Shown here: positions 1 to 10,068 of the stretch, one piece after another
Layout of the letters: the number at the start of each line of letters is the position of its first letter
Position numbering within the stretch: the first letter of the stretch is position 1
IMG/VR virus record: IMGVR_UViG_3300016665_000396
Span: 1 to 59,164 of that record
Source: a virus
Taxonomy: Duplodnaviria > Caudoviricetes
Direction: 5' to 3' (one strand)
DNA length: 59,164 nucleotides
Made by a program: the position numbers and the translations under genes
The notes under the pieces: model-generated
Databases searched by the model: none
Told to the model about the DNA's origin: nothing
What the model saw: only the letters and a program-made list of their open reading frames with translations

Positions 1-63
1 GGAATGATATATAATACATTAAGAATGGTTCCAGCAGCAGCATTTTTCGCAGGACAATGATTT

Positions 64-708
64 ATGCATATACGTATCTCTGAACTAAATCCAGAAACAA
101 AAACCCCACAAATAATCCTTTTCAATAAGATTAAAAACAAATCTTTATCTTGGACCACAAGCAAACCAGCTAACGTATCAGAAACACGTTCTCTTCTTGA
201 GAAAATGGTTAAAGCTTGTTTGTCTGATGATGGTGTAGGTCTTGCCGCACCTCAAATCAACATCTTCAAGCAAGTATTCATTATTCGTGAGATGGATGCC
301 GATAACAAGCCTCTTGAAAGCTTTATAGCCTATTTCAATCCGGAATGGAAGGCGGTAGCTGAAGAAGGCAAGGAACAGGGCATAGAAGGCTGTTTAAGCG
401 TTCCTGGGCTACCATTTGAAGTATCTAGATGGAAGACAATAGATGCTACATGGTTAGAGCTTCAAGAGGACGGAAGCTTTGTTGAACGCAAAGAAAGATT
501 TACTGGATACATGGCAAGAGTATTCCAACATGAACATGCTCATTTAAGAGCAAGAAGCATTGTTGATGATGGTAAACCTCATGGCGATGATAAGCTTATA
601 ACAGAAGATAAGAAACAGCAAAAGGTTTTGAATACCGGTGCTAATCTTAAAGCTAAAGCTGTTAAAGTAGGTGGCGGCGCTTCTGGAGCAAGACCAAAAT
701 ATAGCTGA
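64..708 (+). CDS. def: Peptide deformylase
   Basis: Motifs GVGLAAPQ, EGCLS and QHEHAHL. Confidence 0.95.
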   Translation: MHIRISELNPETKTPQIILFNKIKNKSLSWTTSKPANVSETRSLLEKMVKACLSDDGVGLAAPQINIFKQVFIIREMDADNKPLESFIAYFNPEWKAVAEEGKEQGIEGCLSVPGLPFEVSRWKTIDATWLELQEDGSFVERKERFTGYMARVFQHEHAHLRARSIVDDGKPHGDDKLITEDKKQQKVLNTGANLKAKAVKVGGGASGARPKYS

Positions 709-713
709 AATAA

Positions 714-741
714 AAAAGGGAAGTTTTTACACTTCCCTTTT
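714..741. terminator. Bidirectional intrinsic terminator
   Basis: AAAAGGGAAGT/ACTTCCCTTTT inverted repeat between convergent def and Hsp20 genes. Confidence 0.8.
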
Positions 742-771
742 CCCCTGCTTGAATGGTATAAAATATAAATA

Positions 772-1122
772 TCAGGTTACATTAACAGTTACCAATCCAT
801 CCTCTTCTTTTTTTAATTTTGCTGAAACAGTAAGAATACCATCTACACATTCAGCTTTTAAAGTAGCTGTGTCAATGCCTGGCATAGAAACTCTGTAAGC
901 TACAGAACGGGTTCCGTGTTTACCAGATACGGAGAGGATATCTTCTTTCCAAGATACGGATAGCTTATCTTTTGGAATGCCTGGAACTTCATAAGACACG
1001 GAGGCTACTCCGTCTTTAACTCTTACAGGTGTAGCATAAGCTGTAGGTGATAGTTCTCTGGCGTCTGACCAGATATCGTTAAGAAGGCGATCAAGAGCAC
1101 GAGTTGAGTATAATGTTATCAT
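772..1122 (-). CDS. Small heat shock protein (Hsp20/alpha-crystallin)
   Basis: EVPGIPKDKLSV...LKAECVDGILTV; SD AAGGAG; TTGACA promoter near 1198-1203 on the minus strand. Confidence 0.88.
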   Translation of the reverse strand: MITLYSTRALDRLLNDIWSDARELSPTAYATPVRVKDGVASVSYEVPGIPKDKLSVSWKEDILSVSGKHGTRSVAYRVSMPGIDTATLKAECVDGILTVSAKLKKEEDGLVTVNVT

Positions 1123-1348
1123 AGTTTATCTCCTTTAAGTTATAGCGCCGATTGTGTTGACGCTGTGACAAACCCAAAATAAACATGGAGAAAAACTTGT
1201 CAAGGGGGTAGATGAAAAAATTTTATGGAAGCTTAAAAAAGAAAAAGGAGCGCCTTTTTAGGGGCACTCCAGTTTCAAGCAGGAGAAATCATAGCTATAT
1301 GATTTGTTTAAATATGCGATTAAAACCCAAAAAATGTATAATAAATAG

Positions 1349-1591
1349 TCAAACAAGGGTTCCTTTTGTGTATTGATCGGGGAAAAATAAACAGATTGCA
1401 TCATATAAACCATCTAATGCATTTCCAGTAGCATATGAAGCAATATCCTCTTCAGTCCATCCTGGTGCAAAATAGAAACCATGATAGACAAAGTTTCTTA
1501 ACATTTGAAGTTCTGGTTCCCAATCAACTTGCAAACCACCTTCAAAATCTAATATACGATCTCTTTCTCTGATGTTAAATGTAGTTGGCAT
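1349..1591 (-). CDS. Hypothetical protein, possibly fibre-associated
   Basis: ORF directly downstream of the fibre gene; ATG at 1591. Confidence 0.6.
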   Translation of the reverse strand: MPTTFNIRERDRILDFEGGLQVDWEPELQMLRNFVYHGFYFAPGWTEEDIASYATGNALDGLYDAICLFFPDQYTKGTLV

Positions 1592-1593
1592 AA

Positions 1594-4500
1594 TCAAAAC
1601 TCCGTTTCAATATACATGGAAATCAAATCAAGTGCTACTGCGACAGTTCCACCAGTTTCAGTATATCCAAGAAGATTTAATCCTTGAGTGCTTGCTGGTA
1701 GATTGGTTGTTATAGAGCCGGTAACAACTGCATTCTTTGTAAAGTTTTCAACACGCCAATCAACGCTTGAGCCACTTGGTGGGCAATAAAGAGCGAGTTC
1801 ATAAACGTCTATGGATGAACTTACAGCCGAGAAGTTGCTTCCAAGGTCAATAGTTGTTGCAGCGCCGGAACCATCGTTATGCATAATAGAGAAGTTAGCC
1901 GAACCACTGTTGCAGCCCATACCGATAATATTAACCCAGTTTGATGGTTCTGTTGCTGCTGTTCCTGTGTTTGCTCCATTCATTCCAATGAAATATCTTC
2001 CAGAAAGAGTTGTAGTGGCATTGCTTGGAATGAAACGAGTTATGTAATGGAAACCGCCTCTATTTGTATCGTCGCCTCTCCAGAACCAGGTTGCTCCCAA
2101 TCTCCATCCTGCTGGAGCATTTGCTGTTGTTGCAGTTACAAATCCAACACGTCTTAATGAAGATGCAAAACCTGTTAGTGTTGGAGTTCTTACTGTTACG
2201 GTTCCTGTTGCACTCGGAGCACCAATACCGTCTGCCGTTAGAGAGATAGAGCCACCGTTTATCATCCAAATGCCGTATTTACTACGACCGGTATGAGGTT
2301 GATAGCTGTAAGCACGACCACTTGCCCCAAGTCCTGATATAAGCTCTCTTCCAGCGACAGCTTGAGCAAAAACCTTTACCGCATTTGAAGCAGGTGTTGT
2401 TGGACTCGTATTTTCGGTAAGGACAAGATCACCGCCGCCAATGCTAACATTCGTTGCACCTCCAAAGTTTCCAGCGTTATTATATTGAACTTGACCGCTG
2501 GATCCTCCAGGACTGCTTCCTGCTAAGTTAGTTCCAACTCCTGCACCAAGGGTGCTAATATCATAGTATCCGCCACGATTTGTTCCGCCCGATTCAAATA
2601 TTCTTAACCGGTTCTGATAAACGTCAATTGTGACGCTGCCAGTTAATGTAGTATTAGTCTGTGCAAGAGCAAGATTAATCTCTCCACCCTCGTCTCCTGA
2701 TGAAAATAGTGATTTTAAATTTCCACTTGCAATAATGTCAGTTGCTGATATAATATCGCCAGTAAATCTTGAACCACTTATTGTTGCTACAACAGAGTTA
2801 TTAATGCCAAGTGTAACAGCACCATTTGATCCTGTTGTTACATTCATTCCGGTTCCAGCAATCAAATAAGATGTGCCGTCTGTAAGTTTCGTAAGAGAGC
2901 CAGAGAAACCGGTTCTTGCAATGATTGTAGATGAACCATTTATTGAACCGGTTACTTCAAGACCAGCTAATGAAAACTTACCAATGAGCGTGTTATTGAT
3001 ATTGAAGCCCAAGTTTCTGCTACCAACAGTTGCAAAATTAATTCCATCAAGGAAACCAAGACTTCCAGGATTGTTAGCCAAACCATAAACGCCGCCAAGA
3101 TAAGTTCCACCTTGGTCAAGAGAGTGTCCAGCAAAGTTGAAAGAACCTGCCGCACTTCTAATAACTGGTCCATATACTTGTCCTGATGCCAAATCAATAA
3201 TCATTGGAGAGTTGTTATAAGGACTGCTTATGTCTGGAACTATGCCCGCAACTTGCAAACCTCCAGCAGCAACTTTTACACCATTTGATATATTTGCAGA
3301 TCCAGTAACTTGAAGTCCAGCGGTTGTCATTTTTGAAACCGCAGTAGTTCCAGTAACAAAGAAACCAATTTCACGATTATTAGTGGTTGTAATATTCATA
3401 CCACCAACATAGCCATTACCTGGTGCGCTTGCTATGTTATATATACCACCAAGATAAGTGCCATTTTGATCAAATGAAAGAGCAGAATAATTAAATGTTC
3501 CAGCCACGCTTCTTATTACAGGACCATAAGTCTGCCCAGATGCAAGATCAACTATGAGCGGCGAGTTGTTATATGGGGCACTTATTCCTGGCACTACTCC
3601 TGCAACTTGAAGTCCTCCTGCTGCAATATTAACACCATTTGATACTTGAGCAGAACCAACTACTCTAAGCCCATTTGATGCTGTTAGCTGACCGGTAGAA
3701 GTTACTACATCAGAAGATGCGTCTCCAAGGGTAACGTTACCACTAACAGTTGCAATACTGCTGACAACTAAGTTCGTGGTAGAAAGAGTATTGGTAGTCT
3801 TATTGAATGTTAATCCTGCAACACCACCGAATGTAGAGCCACCGTCATTAAATTGAACATATGTGTCCAATCCACCTGGAGTTGTTGTTCCACCGCTACC
3901 ACCACCACCACCTAATCCTGCTGCTCTAAAAAATGGTGCTTGTATTATCTTTGCTTGAGTAGCGTTTGAAAGATTCGTTGCGTTTCCTTTTACTATGATA
4001 TATGCTACAAAAATAGCAGAATCAGCAGTGTTAGAACCTTCTACAAAGTTTTCTTCTAAAATTGCTGATTGGGCGGCTGCTATAGTGCCATAGGTTGCAA
4101 CCCCATAATAAACATAAAGTGCTCTGGTTGCTGCATTTGGAAACCAGAAAACTCTTTGAACAGAGAAATCATTAGACGAGACAGATGCAAGAGTGCCATT
4201 ATTGTTATACTGCCCTGGATTAATCGTTGTGTATCCTGCGCCGCCGATCCCTGTATCAATAATTGGTGTTGAACCACTAACATATTCTCTGAATATTTTA
4301 GATGTGGTCAGTTCAAAATCCGATGTGGACTTGACATAATCTGGACTATTAGGATTTACTGTATAGTTTCTGCCTTTAACATAAGAATCACCACCAGTTT
4401 TTGTTAAACTTAATGTTGAACCCGATGCAGCAAGAACGTGTCCGGAAAGTTTAAGAGGTCCAAATGCTCTTACAAACTGATCATGAGACGTAGAAATACC

Positions 4501-5442
4501 ATAGGAAACTGCCGGTGCTGTTGCTGTGCCATTGGTAACAGAACCTGTTTGATGAAGAACTCGTCCAAGAACAATGTAGTTTTCAAAATCTCCATCAACA
4601 AATGGAGTTGTTTGTTGAATGATTTGACTATTTGCCGGATTGATTCCAATATATGTGAGCTGGGAGGAAGTGATGTAAGTTAGAGATTGACTTACATAAG
4701 CTGGCCAATCCACTTTTTGAATTGTTGGATATGGATCTGTCGTTGTAGAAGCATTATAGCTCAAAACAATACCAGATCCAGAAGTTACAGAAAATGTAGA
4801 TGACCCGGTTGCTGTAGACAGGATGCCACCATTAAGAAGTCCTGTTGACAACATGCTTTCCAACCATCTTAAACGTGTTGTATTTGTATATGGACCATTA
4901 TATTGCGTGAAATATAAATCGTTTGTGGAACCAGAAGTATAAATGTAAGAAGAAGTTGTATTTGTTGGTATTCTTAATGTATTAACCGGTTTAAGCTGAA
5001 CATAATCGCCAAGACCAATACCACCAGAAACAAACAAGTCACCATTGAATAGGACGGAAGTATTTTCAGTTCCTGTATCGGAGCGGGTGCCGGATACGAT
5101 AAGAGAACCAGTGATGAATATACCATTAGATGCGCTTATTGTAAGTCCATCATTAGGAGCCAATATTCTTGCTGATGTGCTGGTCAATACGAGATTAGAA
5201 CCAGTTATAGAACCGGATGCATATATTGATCCGGTTGTAAATATATTGCCGGGTGCATCAGATTGCCAATATATTGGATTCATTTCCGGTGCAGTTTCCC
5301 AGCTATCAGAACCTGTGGCATAGTAGATATAGTTTCCTTGAACGAAATCATAACCAACAGCAGAAGCTGTTATAGGTAACTCGTTAGGAGTTCTTTCTCC
5401 AGGGATTTGTATTAATAATGGTTTTTTCTCAGTGATTGCCAT
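1594..5442 (-). CDS. Large virion fibre/receptor-binding-like protein
   Basis: 1282 aa, G/S/T-rich with many TGS/SGS units, PGGxxxxVQFN linkers and an internal ~118-aa duplication. Confidence 0.75.
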   Translation of the reverse strand: MAITEKKPLLIQIPGERTPNELPITASAVGYDFVQGNYIYYATGSDSWETAPEMNPIYWQSDAPGNIFTTGSIYASGSITGSNLVLTSTSARILAPNDGLTISASNGIFITGSLIVSGTRSDTGTENTSVLFNGDLFVSGGIGLGDYVQLKPVNTLRIPTNTTSSYIYTSGSTNDLYFTQYNGPYTNTTRLRWLESMLSTGLLNGGILSTATGSSTFSVTSGSGIVLSYNASTTTDPYPTIQKVDWPAYVSQSLTYITSSQLTYIGINPANSQIIQQTTPFVDGDFENYIVLGRVLHQTGSVTNGTATAPAVSYGISTSHDQFVRAFGPLKLSGHVLAASGSTLSLTKTGGDSYVKGRNYTVNPNSPDYVKSTSDFELTTSKIFREYVSGSTPIIDTGIGGAGYTTINPGQYNNNGTLASVSSNDFSVQRVFWFPNAATRALYVYYGVATYGTIAAAQSAILEENFVEGSNTADSAIFVAYIIVKGNATNLSNATQAKIIQAPFFRAAGLGGGGGSGGTTTPGGLDTYVQFNDGGSTFGGVAGLTFNKTTNTLSTTNLVVSSIATVSGNVTLGDASSDVVTSTGQLTASNGLRVVGSAQVSNGVNIAAGGLQVAGVVPGISAPYNNSPLIVDLASGQTYGPVIRSVAGTFNYSALSFDQNGTYLGGIYNIASAPGNGYVGGMNITTTNNREIGFFVTGTTAVSKMTTAGLQVTGSANISNGVKVAAGGLQVAGIVPDISSPYNNSPMIIDLASGQVYGPVIRSAAGSFNFAGHSLDQGGTYLGGVYGLANNPGSLGFLDGINFATVGSRNLGFNINNTLIGKFSLAGLEVTGSINGSSTIIARTGFSGSLTKLTDGTSYLIAGTGMNVTTGSNGAVTLGINNSVVATISGSRFTGDIISATDIIASGNLKSLFSSGDEGGEINLALAQTNTTLTGSVTIDVYQNRLRIFESGGTNRGGYYDISTLGAGVGTNLAGSSPGGSSGQVQYNNAGNFGGATNVSIGGGDLVLTENTSPTTPASNAVKVFAQAVAGRELISGLGASGRAYSYQPHTGRSKYGIWMINGGSISLTADGIGAPSATGTVTVRTPTLTGFASSLRRVGFVTATTANAPAGWRLGATWFWRGDDTNRGGFHYITRFIPSNATTTLSGRYFIGMNGANTGTAATEPSNWVNIIGMGCNSGSANFSIMHNDGSGAATTIDLGSNFSAVSSSIDVYELALYCPPSGSSVDWRVENFTKNAVVTGSITTNLPASTQGLNLLGYTETGGTVAVALDLISMYIETEF

Positions 5443-5449
5443 AAAAAGA

Positions 5450-5488
5450 AAACGCCTCTGCCCTATAAATAGAAAGGCAGAGGCGTTT
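5450..5488 (-). terminator. Hairpin/terminator with a late-promoter motif in its loop
   Basis: 13-bp perfect stem AAACGCCTCTGCC/GGCAGAGGCGTTT, loop containing TATTTATA on minus, U-tract then ATG. Confidence 0.75.
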
Positions 5489-5511
5489 CTTATATTTTAA
5501 TAAGAAAGTTA

Positions 5512-6963
5512 TCAGGAACGACTACCAACAATATTGATTGACATTTCTTTTGTTCTTTGTGCATACCAATATATTTGTGTGACGCCAGAATCCATTGATG
5601 AAGTTAACTCTATAATACCATCTTCTGTAATATTAACGTCCCAATTTGCAGCATAACTTCCTGATGTTTCTCTGGATAGCTCTGTAACTGATCTTACCTT
5701 TTGTATACCAGTTGATGATGCTATTGAAGACATAACAAGATATGTTGCAGCAAAACTGTTAATATTTGAGTTAACATCTGGTGCAGCGGCGATAATATGG
5801 AACTCATGACGAACTGTAGCGCCAAATGTTCCATCAAATACGCCATTAGAAGCAGAAAGTATGCTTCCTGATAGATATCCTGTTCCATCTGCGCTAACTA
5901 CATAGTTTGAACCTGTGATTGGACCAATATCAAGACCACCGAAGTTAAGCAATCCACGTCCTGTTCCTGCTGGGCTGAAGTATGCTGCTCCTGTTACAGC
6001 AAGGGAAGCAGTAATAGCGACAGAACCGGTTGTATATATATTATTAGCAACATCAGAAGTCCAGTAAACTTCAGTTCCTGGAAGATTGCTTGCAGAAACT
6101 TCAATCTGACCGAGGGAATTTGTTGCGATTGTAATATAATCGCCAGCGAGCAAGTAAGGAACGCCAGCAGATACTTCTTGGAGAGAACCGGTTAAACCAG
6201 CAGCAAATACGCCATTACCATTAAATGTAAATGTTGAGCCAGCTTGGAATACGGAGTCTCCAGAAAGATCCAAACCTACTGAAGCAGTAACCGGAGCAAC
6301 AATTGTTACTGCCGTAGCAGAAGTAATTTCTGCTACTTGAAGACCATTTGATGCAGAAACTTGACCATTGAAAATAGCTTGATCTGTTGGTGCTAAGTTG
6401 AAGCTTACATAGTTGCCATCAATAGCTGCATTTCCTAATACACTTAATGCAAGAGGTCCAGCGCCGCTTATCATCATATTGCCTGATACATAAACGTCAC
6501 CACCAAATGCAGCAACTCCATTTGCATTTGTTATGCCATCTACAGCACCAGATACAAAGAATACTACATCAGAACCGATAGAAGAACCACCAGCACCAGC
6601 AAATATTGCGCTTCCAGATATTTCTGCTCCATTAGAAGCAGAAAGAGTAGCCATTTCAACCATAGAAGCTGTTGTAAAGATTACTCCGTTAACCGTAGAA
6701 TCCCAGTAGCTTGCTGCTGTTGAAGGTGCTGTTCCGGATACTTCAATTTGTCCGAGAGAGTTTGTTGTAAGTGTAATGTATGGTCCTGCAAGTAAGTAAT
6801 CAGAACCATCTACAAGCTTTGTTAATGAACCACTTAAGCCACCTGCAAAGTATGCTGCTCCGGAAACTTCAAACGAACCTGTTATTTTACCGGAATATGC
6901 ATCCAGCAAATCATGATTAGACCCACTGTTGTTTAGCTGGGTAAATCTTTTGTTTATAGCCAT
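5512..6963 (-). CDS. Virion fibre-like protein, paralog
   Basis: Two copies of the GSL...YLLAG.YIT..TNSLGQIEVS...YW.S module. Confidence 0.72.
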   Translation of the reverse strand: MAINKRFTQLNNSGSNHDLLDAYSGKITGSFEVSGAAYFAGGLSGSLTKLVDGSDYLLAGPYITLTTNSLGQIEVSGTAPSTAASYWDSTVNGVIFTTASMVEMATLSASNGAEISGSAIFAGAGGSSIGSDVVFFVSGAVDGITNANGVAAFGGDVYVSGNMMISGAGPLALSVLGNAAIDGNYVSFNLAPTDQAIFNGQVSASNGLQVAEITSATAVTIVAPVTASVGLDLSGDSVFQAGSTFTFNGNGVFAAGLTGSLQEVSAGVPYLLAGDYITIATNSLGQIEVSASNLPGTEVYWTSDVANNIYTTGSVAITASLAVTGAAYFSPAGTGRGLLNFGGLDIGPITGSNYVVSADGTGYLSGSILSASNGVFDGTFGATVRHEFHIIAAAPDVNSNINSFAATYLVMSSIASSTGIQKVRSVTELSRETSGSYAANWDVNITEDGIIELTSSMDSGVTQIYWYAQRTKEMSINIVGSRS

Positions 6964-7071
6964 AAATTTTATCTCCTGTTTATAATAGTTGCCCCATCAT
7001 AAACCACTTATGACAAGAGCCCCGATTATAAATATATTAGGATAAAACCTGTGGAACTAATAATATGATAA

Positions 7072-7866
7072 TCAAGTTCTAATGAGTTGATATAAGCCCA
7101 TTTCTTTAACTCTTTGACCATACCAATATATCGTAGCACCAGTATTAGATCCAGTTACAGTAACATCACCATTCTCATTAACGTTAACGTCCCATGTTGC
7201 AGCATGACTACCAGATATTTCTCTGGATAGCTCTGTAACTCCTCTAACGTTTTGAATCAATGATATTGGATCTACAACCGACATAACAAGATATGTGGCT
7301 GCAAAAACATTATGAACTGGACCAACATATCCTTCACCAAGAACATGAAGTTCATGACGAACAACTCCATATGTTCCAGCAGAAGCACTCAATATATTTC
7401 CATTCAATATACCAGTATAAGGCGCAGAGGAACCATTAACCGTAGTAGAACCAGTAATAGGAGACATATCTAATGTTCCTACACGTAATAATCCTCTACC
7501 GGCTCCATTAACACCTAACTCAGCAGAACCCGTAATTTCTACTGAACCTGTAGTAAAAATAGTGCCAGCAACATTTGATTGCCAATAAGCATCACCACCA
7601 CCACCACTTCCAGATATTTCAATTTGACCTAATGAGTTGGTTGTAACAGTTACGTTTGGACCAGCTAAAATATATGCTTGGCTTCCAGTTAATCTTTGCA
7701 AAGAACCAGAAATACCATCAGGAGCATATACACTTCTATCAACGTGACTAGCAGTCAATGCTGGAACGTTAACAACAGTAATATTTGTAGCACCAAATGG
7801 AGGAGATTGATCTTCATCCCAATATTGGTAACTTCCACCGACTCGTCCTCTGTATATTATTGCCAT
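7072..7866 (-). CDS. Virion fibre-like protein, paralog
   Basis: Shares the module and C-terminal domain (FAATYLVMS, VTELSRE.SGS) with 5512..6963. Confidence 0.72.
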   Translation of the reverse strand: MAIIYRGRVGGSYQYWDEDQSPPFGATNITVVNVPALTASHVDRSVYAPDGISGSLQRLTGSQAYILAGPNVTVTTNSLGQIEISGSGGGGDAYWQSNVAGTIFTTGSVEITGSAELGVNGAGRGLLRVGTLDMSPITGSTTVNGSSAPYTGILNGNILSASAGTYGVVRHELHVLGEGYVGPVHNVFAATYLVMSVVDPISLIQNVRGVTELSREISGSHAATWDVNVNENGDVTVTGSNTGATIYWYGQRVKEMGLYQLIRT

Positions 7867-7912
7867 TACTAATCACCGGGTTGATATTTCTAATTAATAC
7901 CTCAAAATGAAA

Positions 7913-7937
7913 AAGGGAAGGTATTTAACCTTCCCTT
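7913..7937. terminator. Intrinsic terminator
   Basis: AAGGGAAGGT/ACCTTCCCTT with flanking A/T tracts. Confidence 0.75.
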
Positions 7938-7946
7938 CTCTTTTAT

Positions 7947-8243
7947 TCACTCTGAATCTTTGTCCGGTGGAGAATAATCCCTATTATCCTCTTCCATTGT
8001 AACCGTTACATAGTTTCTAACATTCTTAAACATATTAACCCAAATAAACGTTAATGTAACATACATGGTAAGAAACCCTAACCATGCCGATACCGCTGCC
8101 GTAGGACTCAATCCATTAAAACCTAATTCTGTAGCAGAATTGTTCCAACAAAATCCAAGAACCAATCCCACAAACACCTGAGACATTAACGCTACAATGA
8201 CATTAATGATCGCACTACTGCTACTACTATTATTTTCAGCCAT
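7947..8243 (-). CDS. Small membrane protein (2 TM)
   Basis: Two hydrophobic segments and an acidic tail. Confidence 0.7.
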   Translation of the reverse strand: MAENNSSSSSAIINVIVALMSQVFVGLVLGFCWNNSATELGFNGLSPTAAVSAWLGFLTMYVTLTFIWVNMFKNVRNYVTVTMEEDNRDYSPPDKDSE

Positions 8244-8583
8244 TATTCATTTCTACCTTCTTAATACACGATACCGGACAACTATACAATCCTTCATTAA
8301 TCAACAATACAGCAGCACCATCATACCTACCAAGATATAATCCTATTTGTCCATCATTAAAAATCGTATAAAGATTACTGTTTCTAGTCCATTTGTAATC
8401 AAATTTATCACGATAAGTAAACTTATCCTTATCATTCTTTGCAACGGGACGAAGTTTACAAATAGAAGAATATTCTGTGTTTAATGTTATTTTGATTAAA
8501 TCACCACTTCTGAAATCTGCAAAAAGCTTATTACGATCTCTGTATCGGGCTTGTGCAGCATTATTTCTTACCCGTAAACTCAT
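8236..8583 (-). CDS. Hypothetical protein (dispersed small beta-barrel-like family)
   Basis: SGDLIKI...QIGLYLG pattern; leaderless promoter directly upstream. Confidence 0.7.
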   Translation of the reverse strand: MSLRVRNNAAQARYRDRNKLFADFRSGDLIKITLNTEYSSICKLRPVAKNDKDKFTYRDKFDYKWTRNSNLYTIFNDGQIGLYLGRYDGAAVLLINEGLYSCPVSCIKKVEMNNG

Positions 8584-8665
8584 ATCTTAATCTAACATAT
8601 TCTTTCTAAGAGATAAACAAAAAAGCCCGGCGTTTAAACCGGGCTTCTCTGCTATTCGTTATTAA

Positions 8666-10033
8666 TCAGTAAGCCTTGAACTTACCACTATCAGCGTTCA
8701 TCTTACAGGCAAGGTCGCCAGGACGAACATGATCCATTGTGCCACTCGGGGTCACAACCCAGAGCACCTTGGCACCATTAACCGCACTCATAACCGGAGC
8801 ATAACCGTCCGTGAGGATGATGATACCCGACCAACGACCACGATTCTTCGGGTTATTGACAAACTTAGCAACAGCGTCAAAGTCCGTGCCACCACAACGG
8901 GTCCGGAGCATCTGCGGCGTATTATCGCCCTTCTTCCAGACCTTATGTGAAGCCTCGTCAATCTCCGTGTCAAAGTGAAACACGTCAAGCTGCGTCAGGT
9001 TAGCAAGATTGCCAAGTTCCGAGAACAGCAGAGCGATATCCTCGTCTGCCATAGAACCCGACTGATCCATAAAGCAAGCGAAGTTAGCGATAAGCGGACG
9101 CTTAACGCCAGGATGAATGTAAGGCATCTTCTTATTGATGCGCTTGATCGTGCTATGACGATCCGTGCTACGGGCACGACCGATGAAGTTCCGAATGATG
9201 CTACGCCAATCAACCTCATTGGAAAGCATCTTGCGGATCATTTCCTGAATATGGGCAGGAACCGAACCCCATTGATTGCTACGATCTGCACGCTTGGCTG
9301 CACGATCAATAAGATCCTTCATCTTATCACGAAGTTCCTCGGCAGTCTCGGGATCAATGTCACCCCAGCTATCGTGATCGTCCATCGTGCCCATGCTATC
9401 AAAGACAGCCTGGATATCACCCTCACCATCACCCTGCTCGTCACGGATCTTCTTAAGCTCGTCAAAGTAATAATCCGAAGCCTGTAGAGGCTCGGCGTTA
9501 GCAATGAAATCCGCATAAGGATTGCTGGCGGGCTTCATGCTACCATCCTCCTGCTTCTCGAGAGGACGAACACCAGGGATAAGGCAAAGCTTTGGAAGCT
9601 TGTTTGCACCGATGATGGAGTTAATCGCAAGGTCAGTAGCCCAATTCCAAAGCATCTGATCTGCACCCTGCGCCACCGCACGATGGAAGATATGCGAGAA
9701 AACCATATGGTAAATCTCGTGGCAGATAACGCCCTTACGCTCCTCACGGGTTAGCTCTCGCATAAACTTGGGAGAGTAGCCCATGATAACATCATGGCGT
9801 CCACCATTCTTACGAACACCGATGTATGCCGTAGGGCAATTGGGATCGGCATCCTTCGTAATGTCCAGCGAGACACCACCGAGGAAAGGATCCTGCATAT
9901 AGAGTTCAAGGAAATCAAAATCAAACTCGTCAGGGCGACGAAGCTGATTATCAGGATCCGAAGCACCATCACGCTTGACAGGCTTGTCGTCGTTAAGACC
10001 ACCGGCACGGAGAACATTTTGCTTATTCATCAT
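8666..10033 (-). CDS. HExxH metallopeptidase-like/VWA protein (DUF2201-type)
   Basis: HEIYH and WNWATDLAIN; MIDAS elements DQSGS, GGTDF, LTDG. Confidence 0.88.
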   Translation of the reverse strand: MMNKQNVLRAGGLNDDKPVKRDGASDPDNQLRRPDEFDFDFLELYMQDPFLGGVSLDITKDADPNCPTAYIGVRKNGGRHDVIMGYSPKFMRELTREERKGVICHEIYHMVFSHIFHRAVAQGADQMLWNWATDLAINSIIGANKLPKLCLIPGVRPLEKQEDGSMKPASNPYADFIANAEPLQASDYYFDELKKIRDEQGDGEGDIQAVFDSMGTMDDHDSWGDIDPETAEELRDKMKDLIDRAAKRADRSNQWGSVPAHIQEMIRKMLSNEVDWRSIIRNFIGRARSTDRHSTIKRINKKMPYIHPGVKRPLIANFACFMDQSGSMADEDIALLFSELGNLANLTQLDVFHFDTEIDEASHKVWKKGDNTPQMLRTRCGGTDFDAVAKFVNNPKNRGRWSGIIILTDGYAPVMSAVNGAKVLWVVTPSGTMDHVRPGDLACKMNADSGKFKAY

Positions 10034-10068
10034 ATATCCATACTATCAGGAAAATCGGAATATTTAAA
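10034..10068 (-). promoter_or_regulatory. Sigma70-type early promoter, leaderless
   Basis: TTTAAA-17-(TGa)TAGTAT-6 nt-ATG. Confidence 0.7.

Noticed and set aside
1123-1210. CIRCE operator upstream of Hsp20
   Set aside because: No TTAGCACTC-N9-GAGTGCTAA match
1594-7866. Diversity-generating retroelement acting on the fibre paralogs
   Set aside because: No reverse transcriptase in the window and the repeat differences do not look adenine-specific
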